43,123 nucleotides of DNA, from positions 1 through 43,123 of the IMG/VR virus record IMGVR_UViG_3300022177_000076, one strand, 5' to 3'. The DNA comes from a virus. Taxonomy: Duplodnaviria > Caudoviricetes. Below are positions 1 through 8,528 of the stretch, in pieces (position 1 is the stretch's first letter; every line of letters begins with the position of its first letter). Both the position numbers and the translations under genes were made by a program. Under the pieces are notes generated by a model that was not told the origin of the DNA, did no database searches, and was given only the letters and a program-made list of their open reading frames with translations.

Positions 1-909
1 ATGAAAACAGCCCAATTCCACCTGCTTGACGCGCTTGTTGAAACCTTCCTTTTCGACCGCAAGGTACAGAACTTCACGCCCGGGACCGTTACTTACTACC
101 GCGGCAAACTGAAGCGTTTCCGCCTGTACTGTCAGCGGGTTGGCATAGAGTATGTAGAACAAATCACACCAGACACCTTACGTGGTTTCCTTGCCTTGTT
201 GGAATCTGACGGTCTGGTCCCTGGTGGAAGGCTCGGCCATTATCGCGCGGTCAAAACCTTCCTGCGTTGGTTCGCGCGTGAAACCGCGCCCGAAGCCTGG
301 TCTAACCCAATTGAAAAGGTCAAGCCGCCCAAAGTGCTGGATGCGCCTATCCAACCTATCAGTCTGAAAGATGCGGAGCGTGTGCTGAGTAAATGTCCTG
401 CTGACCTGAAAGGTACGCGCGATAAGGCAATATTCCTGTTGCTGATTGATACCGGTATCCGCGCGGCTGAATTGCTCTCGCTCAACACGGATGATGTTGA
501 TTTTGTGACCGGATCTGCGCTGATCCGCGCTGGAAAAGGCGGAAAAACGCGCATAGTCTATTTTGGCAGTCGCACAAAGAAATCCCTGCGCCGTTATGTC
601 TCAATGCGTGACGACGAAGCGGACCCGCTGTTTGTCTCCGTGGATGACCGCGCGCGCCTGACTTACTCCGGTCTGCGTTGGATCGTACTGAATCGCTTTC
701 GGGATGCCCGCGTCCGCCCCCGCGGAATTCACACCTTTCGCCGCCTGCACGCCTTGACGATGCTGCGCAATGGCGTGGACGTTATCACCCTCTCGCGCCT
801 GATGGGACACTCCACCACCGACGTTCTGCGCCGCTACCTTGCCCAAACGGATGAAGACTTGCATATCGCCCACGCCCGCGCAAGTCCGGTGGACAAAGGT
901 CTGCTGTGA
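1..909 (+). CDS. Tyrosine recombinase/integrase (XerC-like)
   Basis: Catalytic motifs TGIRAAEL, GKGGK, HTFRR, LMGH...RRY; N-terminal core-binding region. Confidence 0.95.
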   Translation: MKTAQFHLLDALVETFLFDRKVQNFTPGTVTYYRGKLKRFRLYCQRVGIEYVEQITPDTLRGFLALLESDGLVPGGRLGHYRAVKTFLRWFARETAPEAWSNPIEKVKPPKVLDAPIQPISLKDAERVLSKCPADLKGTRDKAIFLLLIDTGIRAAELLSLNTDDVDFVTGSALIRAGKGGKTRIVYFGSRTKKSLRRYVSMRDDEADPLFVSVDDRARLTYSGLRWIVLNRFRDARVRPRGIHTFRRLHALTMLRNGVDVITLSRLMGHSTTDVLRRYLAQTDEDLHIAHARASPVDKGLL

Positions 910-1401
910 TTCGCACATTCTGGAAATATCCCAGCGTTTCTTTGCGTTTTGACTCTAAATGAATAAAGACTCGCCGCGCACACTAATCGCGGATTTCAGG
1001 CTGTTTTTTGAGTCTGCACGGATTTTAGGCAGTTTGCGAAAATACCGGCTTTTCCGGTTGTGCGTACTTATGCGGATAAGATACGCATAAAGGGAAATGT
1101 TCGTATACATCCGAGTAAAGATGCATACAAAAGTTATGTCAAAGTTTTGACAAAACTGGTTATATCGTAAACTTTTGTCAATTTACTGAGAGAATTTCGG
1201 TATGGCGAAAACTTTTTGTCGGTTATGTTACACAAATGTTTTTGTGCGTCAAAAGTGAGATACAAGGCGCACCATTAGAAAGTTTACGAAATAGCCGTTA
1301 AAGGTAGAAATAATTCATACCTTTAACTTGTCGGTTATGTTCTATGGATTTCAGGAATTTGGAATTTTGTCGATTATGGTCGAGAAAAATATAAATAAAT
1401 G

Positions 1402-1500
1402 ACCCGCCCTGGTCCGCTGACTGTTTCTCACGCGCCCGTGAGGTTGCCTTGCCCCAACATCGGCTGCGCTTGCTCTGCTGGGTTGCCGCGCGCGGCGGGT
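1402..1500 (-). ncRNA. Candidate ~100-nt structured sRNA
   Basis: Extended -10 TGGTATAAT at 1513-1521 (minus), terminal stem ACCCGCC/GGCGGGT, T-rich tail. Confidence 0.4.
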
Positions 1501-1536
1501 ACTGTTATCAATATTATACCATACCTTCGCTCCATA

Positions 1537-1602
1537 AGCTGGTGGCGGGAATCGAACCCGCGTTCCGAACGCTTACAAGGCGTTCCACAGCCATACACCA
1601 GC
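1537..1602 (-). ncRNA. D-armless tRNA-like RNA, anticodon UGU (Thr-like)
   Basis: Acceptor GCTGGTG/CACCAGC; anticodon arm AACGC-CTTGTAA-GCGTT; T arm GCGGG-TTCGATT-CCCGC; only 11 nt in place of the D arm. Confidence 0.7.
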
Positions 1603-1610
1603 AAACCATT

Positions 1611-1680
1611 AGGGCTGTTCGGAATTGAACCGATTTTCTGACCACCTCAGCTCAGGCGTCAGAGCGCGCCCGCCGGCCCT
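1611..1680 (-). ncRNA. Second D-armless tRNA-like RNA
   Basis: Acceptor AGGGCCG/CAGCCCT (1 mismatch), T arm TCGG-TTCAATT-CCGA, elongated middle arm TCTGAC...GTCAGA. Confidence 0.5.
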
Positions 1681-1682
1681 GT

Positions 1683-1723
1683 ATTCCTGCTATTCGGGAG
1701 TGGTATGCCAGAATAGCAGGAAT
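1683..1723. repeat. 13-bp perfect inverted repeat (terminator or processing stem)
   Basis: ATTCCTGCTATTC ... GAATAGCAGGAAT directly after the phosphoesterase stop. Confidence 0.6.
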
Positions 1724-1730
1724 TGCCAGA

Positions 1731-3029
1731 TTACACCCTCACATTGCTATTGACTATCGCCTGCAGCCCGCGCTCCTTATCCCACACGAACGCCTGCGCG
1801 CGCCGCGTTGTACCAACAAATCCATTCTCGCTATGCCACGCGTCTGCTGCGGTTATGCTGCTGATTCGCCGGAATACAATCCCGCCTTTATCCAGCGTGT
1901 TCTCAGTATGCAGGTGCCCGAGATGATACTCGCGCCAGACTGATTTACCCCACGCTTCCGGAGCTTCCACCTGCATCAGCCCCTCAATGCGTTTTCCCTC
2001 TTCAACCCCATGCGCGAAGCCAATCAAGCTGGACCCATAACTGAAATATTTCCGGCGCGTGGGGGATAAGTTCACCTCAACGCCCTTACATTCCGCGTAT
2101 CTTTGCGCCAGCCCAACGGTCGCAGTATAGGAAAGGACCGTATCGTGGTTACCTGGTATCCAGATGATTTTCACGGGCGCGATTGCCCGGCATTGCTCCA
2201 CCGCCCAGACTAAAAGCTCCACACCTTTACTGTACATCTTTTGCCAGCGAGTATCCGAATCTAATTGTGTTCCAGCCGTTGTAGTGGTCTGTGGTGTGTC
2301 AAAGTGGAAGTAATCCTGCCCGATTGGGAACAAAATCAACTCCGGCTTTCCAAACAACCCCGCCTTGCTGAGTAAATCCACAACTGTTTTTCGCCACAAC
2401 TTTTCCGCGATTTTCAGGTCATAATCCTGCCCGCCGGTCTCTTCACCCCAAGCCAGCTTGCCCAGATGAAAGTCCATAATCGGCAGTTCAAGCAGATACT
2501 TCCCGCCGCGATATTGATATGCTGTCAGCTCAGGCTCAGGCAGGTTTTTGAATATTTCAAGCACCTGGTCACTGGTTAGATTGCCCCCCAGCGGCTTGAC
2601 CGTCAGCGTAACCGAATATTTCCGGTTGGTATGCAGCACGCCCTCGCCGTCCGCGTTTTTGAGCGTCACATCCCACGAGCCGGTGATGAGCTTGCAAGTC
2701 ACCACTTCCCAAAGCAGCGGGTCAAACCCGCATTTTTTCATAATCGAAGTCGGCGAGGCAGCTTCTTCCGGCGTCAGATACACATCCCGCTTGATGGTCT
2801 GCGTCTGGTCTTTATTGAAAGTCGTTTCCTCATGCGAACAGCGTTGCGCTTGTTCGGGTGGAACAGCCGTGCCCGCGCCCATCTTTTCAAGTTGCAGAAT
2901 GTGCAGTTTGATACCCGCGAGATACTTCTTCGCGTTGTGATAGGTTATATCTTTTCCGTACAGCCTGCGTAGTTTTTCCTGCGCATTCCCGCCGCCGTCA
3001 GCCAGCACCTGCTGTTCAAATGAGTTCAC
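1731..3029 (-). CDS. Calcineurin-like metallophosphoesterase
   Basis: DFHLG, GQDYFH, GNHD, HG and GHLH metal-binding motifs. Confidence 0.85.
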   Translation of the reverse strand: MNSFEQQVLADGGGNAQEKLRRLYGKDITYHNAKKYLAGIKLHILQLEKMGAGTAVPPEQAQRCSHEETTFNKDQTQTIKRDVYLTPEEAASPTSIMKKCGFDPLLWEVVTCKLITGSWDVTLKNADGEGVLHTNRKYSVTLTVKPLGGNLTSDQVLEIFKNLPEPELTAYQYRGGKYLLELPIMDFHLGKLAWGEETGGQDYDLKIAEKLWRKTVVDLLSKAGLFGKPELILFPIGQDYFHFDTPQTTTTAGTQLDSDTRWQKMYSKGVELLVWAVEQCRAIAPVKIIWIPGNHDTVLSYTATVGLAQRYAECKGVEVNLSPTRRKYFSYGSSLIGFAHGVEEGKRIEGLMQVEAPEAWGKSVWREYHLGHLHTENTLDKGGIVFRRISSITAADAWHSENGFVGTTRRAQAFVWDKERGLQAIVNSNVRV

Positions 3030-3032
3030 AGA

Positions 3033-3140
3033 TTATCGCTCTTGAACCGTGATCCAAATCGAGCGTTCGTCCGTCCGCCCCTTGCTGGTATATCCGGATG
3101 TGCCGCGCTTATGTGTTTGTCCTGATTCCGACAGGCTCAT
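3033..3140 (-). pseudogene. 35-aa ORF, probable internally deleted phage tail/fiber adaptor gene
   Basis: ATGA overlap with the lysin stop, AGGAGG RBS, ends TSKGRTDERSIWITVQER*. Confidence 0.4.
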
Positions 3141-4570
3141 TGTTTCCTCCTGTAACTCGTACATTGCAGGGTAGCCTTTTTATACCTGTCCCTGTATCTG
3201 ATAAGCACCCCATCCCAGGGGTCGTAAATCCATAACACGTCATTGCCTCTGTTTACTGAGCAAACCCAGTGCTCATTGAGAGGCGCGGACGCTTCGATAT
3301 GGTCTACGAGTATCACCAACCCGCAGCCAGCCTGCACCTTCGCTATCATCTGCGCGTCAGTCGGGTTATACATCCGCCCGTCCCAAACGATTTCAGGGTG
3401 CTGTTCTTGCACCCTTTCCCAGATTATTTTGTTGCTCTCAAAATATCCGTTGTTCTCTGTACGCCATTTGTTATCTACAAATGGGTTCGTAACCACGCCC
3501 AACTGGTTCAGGACATTCGCTTCGCTGGTGATTACACAGCCATAGCCCCCGATAGTGGATGTTCCCGTTCCCAGCCGCTCATTGACCCAGCGCGGGTCTT
3601 TTTGCCAGTACAACGCCCCATAATACGGTTCAGTAATAACAGGCGGCGGCTGAGGCGGCGTATTATCGTCAAGCTTTTCAAGCCACGCGCTGTTAGACCA
3701 TCCACCCTTGTTATGGCGGCTCCAACCAAGCGCATTCTCGTAGACTTCCACGATAGTTCCAAAAACCATTGCGGGTGCGGATATTGGATAGCTGTATCCC
3801 GCGCCCGACCGGACGTTCAGTCCGGCGGTTGCGGTAACCCGCGCAAGATATGCGGGTTCAGGTTCAGGCGGCTCAGGTTCCGGCTCCGGCTCAACTTCCC
3901 CGTAGCCAAACCACTCCCGCACATCTGCGTCGCTTCCGTTCCATCGGTCATAGTCCAGCACTTTACTCGCGCAATTGAACAGCGGCGGCATCTGGTCGCC
4001 CGTCTGGTGAACGCGCCAAGTACTCACGCCATTGGGCAAAGCAGGCGGCGGTGTTTTCTCTTTCGCGTACTGTCCCGGAAGTGGCAAGAGATAATGCGCA
4101 AGCCAGTAATCAAGGTTCTTCGGCAGCCGCGCCATATCCACATAGGTATTTAACCATTGCGCCCGTGAGTAAATTATCGGGTATCTGCCTGTTTTCTCTT
4201 TGAGATACTCCAACGCGCCAAGCAGCCAATCGGTAACCTGCTTTTTACTCAACCCCATATGGTTTTCCATATCCAGCACAAGGCGGTCGTGTACATCCGG
4301 CTTGACAACGGACAGAAACTTATCCATCTGTAGCTTCATATCAGCCGCCGGATAGCAATAATGATAGCTTCCCAGTGGAATATCAACCCTTGCCGCCTCG
4401 CGCTTATAGTACGCGTATCGGGGGTCGGTGTATCCGTAGCTGACGGTTGCTCTCGCGAAGATGAAGCTGACCTTTTCGGAATGTCGTTTCATCGCATCAA
4501 AGTCCACCAGCTTGCTTCCGTCATCAAAGCACTGGTATTTACTCAAATCTATTCCAAACGCATGGCTCAT
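3137..4570 (-). CDS. Modular endolysin: GH25 muramidase + SH3b + C39-like peptidase
   Basis: GIDLSKYQ and LDME (GH25); EP/PP linkers; GLNVRSGAG (SH3); Q.DPRW...GYGC...HWV...DP (C39-like). Confidence 0.9.
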   Translation of the reverse strand: MSHAFGIDLSKYQCFDDGSKLVDFDAMKRHSEKVSFIFARATVSYGYTDPRYAYYKREAARVDIPLGSYHYCYPAADMKLQMDKFLSVVKPDVHDRLVLDMENHMGLSKKQVTDWLLGALEYLKEKTGRYPIIYSRAQWLNTYVDMARLPKNLDYWLAHYLLPLPGQYAKEKTPPPALPNGVSTWRVHQTGDQMPPLFNCASKVLDYDRWNGSDADVREWFGYGEVEPEPEPEPPEPEPAYLARVTATAGLNVRSGAGYSYPISAPAMVFGTIVEVYENALGWSRHNKGGWSNSAWLEKLDDNTPPQPPPVITEPYYGALYWQKDPRWVNERLGTGTSTIGGYGCVITSEANVLNQLGVVTNPFVDNKWRTENNGYFESNKIIWERVQEQHPEIVWDGRMYNPTDAQMIAKVQAGCGLVILVDHIEASAPLNEHWVCSVNRGNDVLWIYDPWDGVLIRYRDRYKKATLQCTSYRRKQ

Positions 4571-4611
4571 AAACCGTTCACTCCCATTCGTGCGCCGTTG
4601 CGCAGTAAATA

Positions 4612-5412
4612 TCAGGCGATTTCATAAGTAATTTCAAACCCAAGTGCATCGCCCTGCCCCCACGTAAATGGGGCAGTAGAGTTTAGATTATTCAAGTTCG
4701 ACCCCGGCGTTGGGTCAATAAACAGACTAATCGTGTTCGTAGAAACGGACGGTGCTATTTGTGCAGTCCGCTCATAATTCCCGGTGCCGGATTTCCGCAT
4801 ATGGGAAATACCATAAAAATTGATGCCGGGCGTGTTCACCGCAGCAATGGGCAGCGAAAACGACCAGTTCCCCGACCCGAACGTTGTAGTGGAGCCGCAG
4901 TACAACCCAAGCGTATACACGCAAACAGTGCCAAATACAGCGTATCTGCCCGACAGCGTTCCGTTTCCCACACTGGGGTTTATTGAAGCCCCAGTCCACG
5001 TTGGGGTGTAGGCTTGCCACTGCCCAAAGGTTGTGCCGGTAATTCCGCCAATTTTCAGCCACTTCAACGCGCCGGCGCTGTCATCCCAAAACAGCACCCT
5101 GTCCGCATCAGGGTCTGCAAGGTCTTGCAGCCCTAAAAAACTAAGCGATAACGTCCTGTTCGCCGCCAGCGTTCCGCCGCCAGTTAAGCCAGTGCCAGCC
5201 GAAATGGAGACCGCCGAGTGGTCAATATGTTTATTCCCCACAAAGTTTTTCAGCGCGTCATGGTCTACTGCTGAGCCGGACGCCTTCAATAGTTCGGTTT
5301 CAACTGCTGAAATTTCAGATTGTATGTCATTAATATGTGATGCGTATATCTTATCTACGCCGTCTACCTTTGTTGTAAAACTCTTTACTCCGCCCGGAAA
5401 TGTCGCTGCCAT
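4612..5412 (-). CDS. Tail fiber/receptor-binding protein
   Basis: AGTGLTGGG repeat, WQAYTPTW...FSLP C-terminal fiber domain, distal tail position. Confidence 0.7.
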   Translation of the reverse strand: MAATFPGGVKSFTTKVDGVDKIYASHINDIQSEISAVETELLKASGSAVDHDALKNFVGNKHIDHSAVSISAGTGLTGGGTLAANRTLSLSFLGLQDLADPDADRVLFWDDSAGALKWLKIGGITGTTFGQWQAYTPTWTGASINPSVGNGTLSGRYAVFGTVCVYTLGLYCGSTTTFGSGNWSFSLPIAAVNTPGINFYGISHMRKSGTGNYERTAQIAPSVSTNTISLFIDPTPGSNLNNLNSTAPFTWGQGDALGFEITYEIA

Positions 5413-5425
5413 AGTTGTTTCTCCT

Positions 5426-5962
5426 CTAAAATATTTGTACGCCGCCCACAATGGACGACTCATAGTTAATCGCCAGATACGGCGATGGTGATTTCCCGAT
5501 AACCGTTGCTCCTCTGCTCGACCCAGCCTCTCTCAGTAAAATCACATCCAGACCATTAATAACACCCAGCAGTTCCGATAAACTGGTTATGGGTACTGCA
5601 TGCCATCCTGTGATTCCCAATTGCGCTTCCGCGGTCATCGCAGCGAGGGAGCGGTCCTCACTCACGCCGTCACATCCCGGCTTATTCCACGCGCCATACC
5701 CCCAGCCGGTATTCGCCCAGGTCGCGTTCACGCCGCAGGCCCGGTTCACTTTGTATGCCCTCCACGGCATGTCGGTAGCCGTTGTGCAATATAAATTCAG
5801 CGTCGCGCTCAATATCTGACCGGAAAAGCCATCGTTATTAAACTTAATCAGCGGTCTCATTCCCGAATCGACTTTCATATAGGAATCGTTGCCGTGAGGA
5901 ATAGTCTGATCATTACTCCATAACCACGTTCCCCACTGCATATAAACCTTTTGTATTGGCAT
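5426..5962 (-). CDS. Tail-associated protein, DNRLRE-like carbohydrate-binding domain
   Basis: R.LIKF...ILSATLNLY...ATW...AW..PG pattern; position. Confidence 0.5.
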   Translation of the reverse strand: MPIQKVYMQWGTWLWSNDQTIPHGNDSYMKVDSGMRPLIKFNNDGFSGQILSATLNLYCTTATDMPWRAYKVNRACGVNATWANTGWGYGAWNKPGCDGVSEDRSLAAMTAEAQLGITGWHAVPITSLSELLGVINGLDVILLREAGSSRGATVIGKSPSPYLAINYESSIVGGVQIF

Positions 5963-5965
5963 CGC

Positions 5966-6724
5966 TTATCCCGTAATTTCCAGATACACAGTCAGCCCGA
6001 AGGCTCCACTGCCTTGCGCGGTTATGTTTACGCTGAATGAAGCGAAAGATTCCGCTGTACGATAACTCGCATTTATAGACCCGATTGAATCGGACCATGC
6101 ATCCTGATTAATCGTTATCGTCCCCAAAGTACCGCCCTGATTCACCAGGGTAATCCCGACATTGCCACTGGTGCTTACCGAGCCAAGCAGCACCGCTGAC
6201 GCGCCTGTAATGATATGCCCGTTCACCATCGGCGGCCACGCGAACACGCGGGTAAAGTTTTTCACAATCACCGCGTCCTCCAGCCCAAAAATCGGAATAG
6301 CCACGGTGCGTTTGATAGCCCCAAGTTTATCCTCAGTAACCGCGTCATCAGCCAGCTTTCCGGTCGTAATAGAACCTGTCGCTATGTTCGCCAACGCCGC
6401 GCCTGCCGCCATCTGGGCGCTGCCGACGACGCCGTTTGCAATCTGGTTCGCCGCGCTCACGCCCCCCGCCGCGATTTTTCCGGCAATAACCGCGCCCCCC
6501 GCCAGCTTTCCACTGTTCACCGCGCCATCTGCCAGTTTTGAGTTCTCCACAACCCCATCTGTAAGTTGGTCCGTATTGATTATTTTCAATTTATCCATCC
6601 GCACGCGTTTTGTCTTCGTCTCATCGTTATTATCAGACGCATCAACAATCGGCAGCTGGTCTGCCGCCGCGCTGTCCGCCATTTCCGGCAATTCACTGAT
6701 TTTTGCCAATAAGGGGTCTGCCAT
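5966..6724 (-). CDS. Tail fiber protein with KLADGAV-type repeats
   Basis: Repeated SKLADGAV/GKLAGGAV/GKLADDAV decads. Confidence 0.7.
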   Translation of the reverse strand: MADPLLAKISELPEMADSAAADQLPIVDASDNNDETKTKRVRMDKLKIINTDQLTDGVVENSKLADGAVNSGKLAGGAVIAGKIAAGGVSAANQIANGVVGSAQMAAGAALANIATGSITTGKLADDAVTEDKLGAIKRTVAIPIFGLEDAVIVKNFTRVFAWPPMVNGHIITGASAVLLGSVSTSGNVGITLVNQGGTLGTITINQDAWSDSIGSINASYRTAESFASFSVNITAQGSGAFGLTVYLEITG

Positions 6725-8163
6725 CAGTTCATCTTCTCCAATCCAACAAGTTCAGCATCCATCAGGTACCCGCCCGATAAATTGCTCACCGTTCGTATAA
6801 CCACCGCGTTGATATCTTTCCCATACAGCGAATCAACCAACTCAATTTGCCCGGGCAGCAGCTCAGTAGTTGGGAACATCGTCAGGCTCTGCTGATAACG
6901 CATTCTTGCAAACTCCACCAGAGAATCAAGCACATCCTGCGCCATCGAAGCCGTCACAAGCATGGCTTTGTCAATTTGCCATATATTTGGCGCGGCGGAA
7001 ACTGTCCGGAATTTGGCGTAAAAATCCGTCCCGTATTCAGCGTCACCATAAGACTTACCGGATGAATACTCTTTGGTTGCTTCCGCTTCACCGTAGCTGA
7101 ACACCCGCATAGAGTCAACGTACGGATATCCGCGCACCACCACATCCCCCGCCGCGGTAACATGCAGATACACATAATTGACCCCGAATTCAAACGCGCC
7201 TGCAAAGGACAGGATTTTCCCATCCTCAGTAGTAAGCGCATGACTCATATCCTCTGTCATCAGATACGCCGGCGTAGCCCCGACCCCCTCAGCGGTCACC
7301 CCATAGTACGGCTTGTTGTACAGAATCTTATAATCGCCCGGCTCCAGATACGCGGAGTAAATCTCCTCCTGAATCATTCCCTGAGTAAAGTCGTGCGAAA
7401 TCAACTGAATGCCGGTCACCAGCGGGGTCAGCTTCAATGCCTGTTCATCGGTCTTATCCGCCGCGGAAATTACCCCGTCGTATTCAATGCCGCCATAATA
7501 AATCGCGCCATAATACGCCTCCCCGTATTCCACCGGCGGATCGTTGATTGCACCAACAGGCAAAAGCGCATCCCAAAACACGATGTACTTACTGTTCGCG
7601 GTAAGCGCGCGACACCGTCCGGCAAATAACACGTGCTGCAAGGCTTCCCGGGTCGTACCCGCCGGCAGATATCCTTTGAGAAGACGTTCCTCAATAGCTC
7701 CCTCTTCACCCCATCGGAATGGAATGCCCACAGGGTCAAGTACGGTCTCCACGGCTTGCCGCAGCGTAACATCAGTCGCCCAGAACATCCCGTCAAACGG
7801 AATAGTATCCAGCACCCCGATTGCATCCTGACAGATAAACTCAAATTCGCCTTCAGTCGGATTGTGCCATTCCTTCAGGTAAAACCGCCCGATATAGTGC
7901 TCAGTAGAAACGTTCACCTCATCATCGTAATATTCGTATATATCCACGATGGTATTGTTGACCAACTCCTGATAAAACTCACCATCGCTGAACGGCGAAA
8001 AGCGCGGGTCCAGCGTGTAAATCCGGATAATCGCCTCGCTCACCGGCAGCTCTATACTGAGCGGGCTGATTTCCTGCACCACTTCCGCCTCAATCACATC
8101 CACATCGCGGAACTCGATGGTCTGATTTCCCAGTGAAAGTTTGATAATCGGATAGGTAATCAT
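6724..8163 (-). CDS. Baseplate hub/tail protein
   Basis: 479-aa acidic ORF after the Dit-like gene; position. Confidence 0.6.
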   Translation of the reverse strand: MITYPIIKLSLGNQTIEFRDVDVIEAEVVQEISPLSIELPVSEAIIRIYTLDPRFSPFSDGEFYQELVNNTIVDIYEYYDDEVNVSTEHYIGRFYLKEWHNPTEGEFEFICQDAIGVLDTIPFDGMFWATDVTLRQAVETVLDPVGIPFRWGEEGAIEERLLKGYLPAGTTREALQHVLFAGRCRALTANSKYIVFWDALLPVGAINDPPVEYGEAYYGAIYYGGIEYDGVISAADKTDEQALKLTPLVTGIQLISHDFTQGMIQEEIYSAYLEPGDYKILYNKPYYGVTAEGVGATPAYLMTEDMSHALTTEDGKILSFAGAFEFGVNYVYLHVTAAGDVVVRGYPYVDSMRVFSYGEAEATKEYSSGKSYGDAEYGTDFYAKFRTVSAAPNIWQIDKAMLVTASMAQDVLDSLVEFARMRYQQSLTMFPTTELLPGQIELVDSLYGKDINAVVIRTVSNLSGGYLMDAELVGLEKMN

Positions 8164-8528
8164 GGTCTCTTCTGCCGTGAAACAAATGAAGTCGTCAAAC
8201 CTTTCCAGTATGTCATGCCGTCTTTTTGCCTCAACACCTGATGCCTGGTGTTCGCGAAATATCCCTCAATCGTGCGCGTACCAAGGACCGTTGGTAATAC
8301 CACCGTATGCCACGGCACCGGCTCAGTAAGCTTCCACCATAAATCCGCGTATACGCTCGTTCCCCTGGTCGAAGGCGCAAATTCTATTTCGTAGTTGTCA
8401 TATACCCCAATCAACTCGCGGTGCAATATACCATCATTGGTTCGCTCCGCGTATTTATCCAGCATGTCCGCAGCTGCCGTCAGACTGACAATTGGTATGT
8501 TGTATTCAACATCGTCGATTATTATCAT
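8160..8528 (-). CDS. Distal tail (Dit-like) protein
   Basis: Follows the tape measure gene; ERTNDGILHRELIG motif. Confidence 0.6.
   Translation of the reverse strand: MIIIDDVEYNIPIVSLTAAADMLDKYAERTNDGILHRELIGVYDNYEIEFAPSTRGTSVYADLWWKLTEPVPWHTVVLPTVLGTRTIEGYFANTRHQVLRQKDGMTYWKGLTTSFVSRQKRP

Noticed and set aside
1216-1380. TTGTCGGTTATGTT repeats as a CRISPR array
   Set aside because: Only 14 bp, 2-3 copies, irregular spacing, no cas genes
4612-8163. Diversity-generating retroelement targeting the tail fibers
   Set aside because: No reverse transcriptase and no TR/VR pair seen in the window
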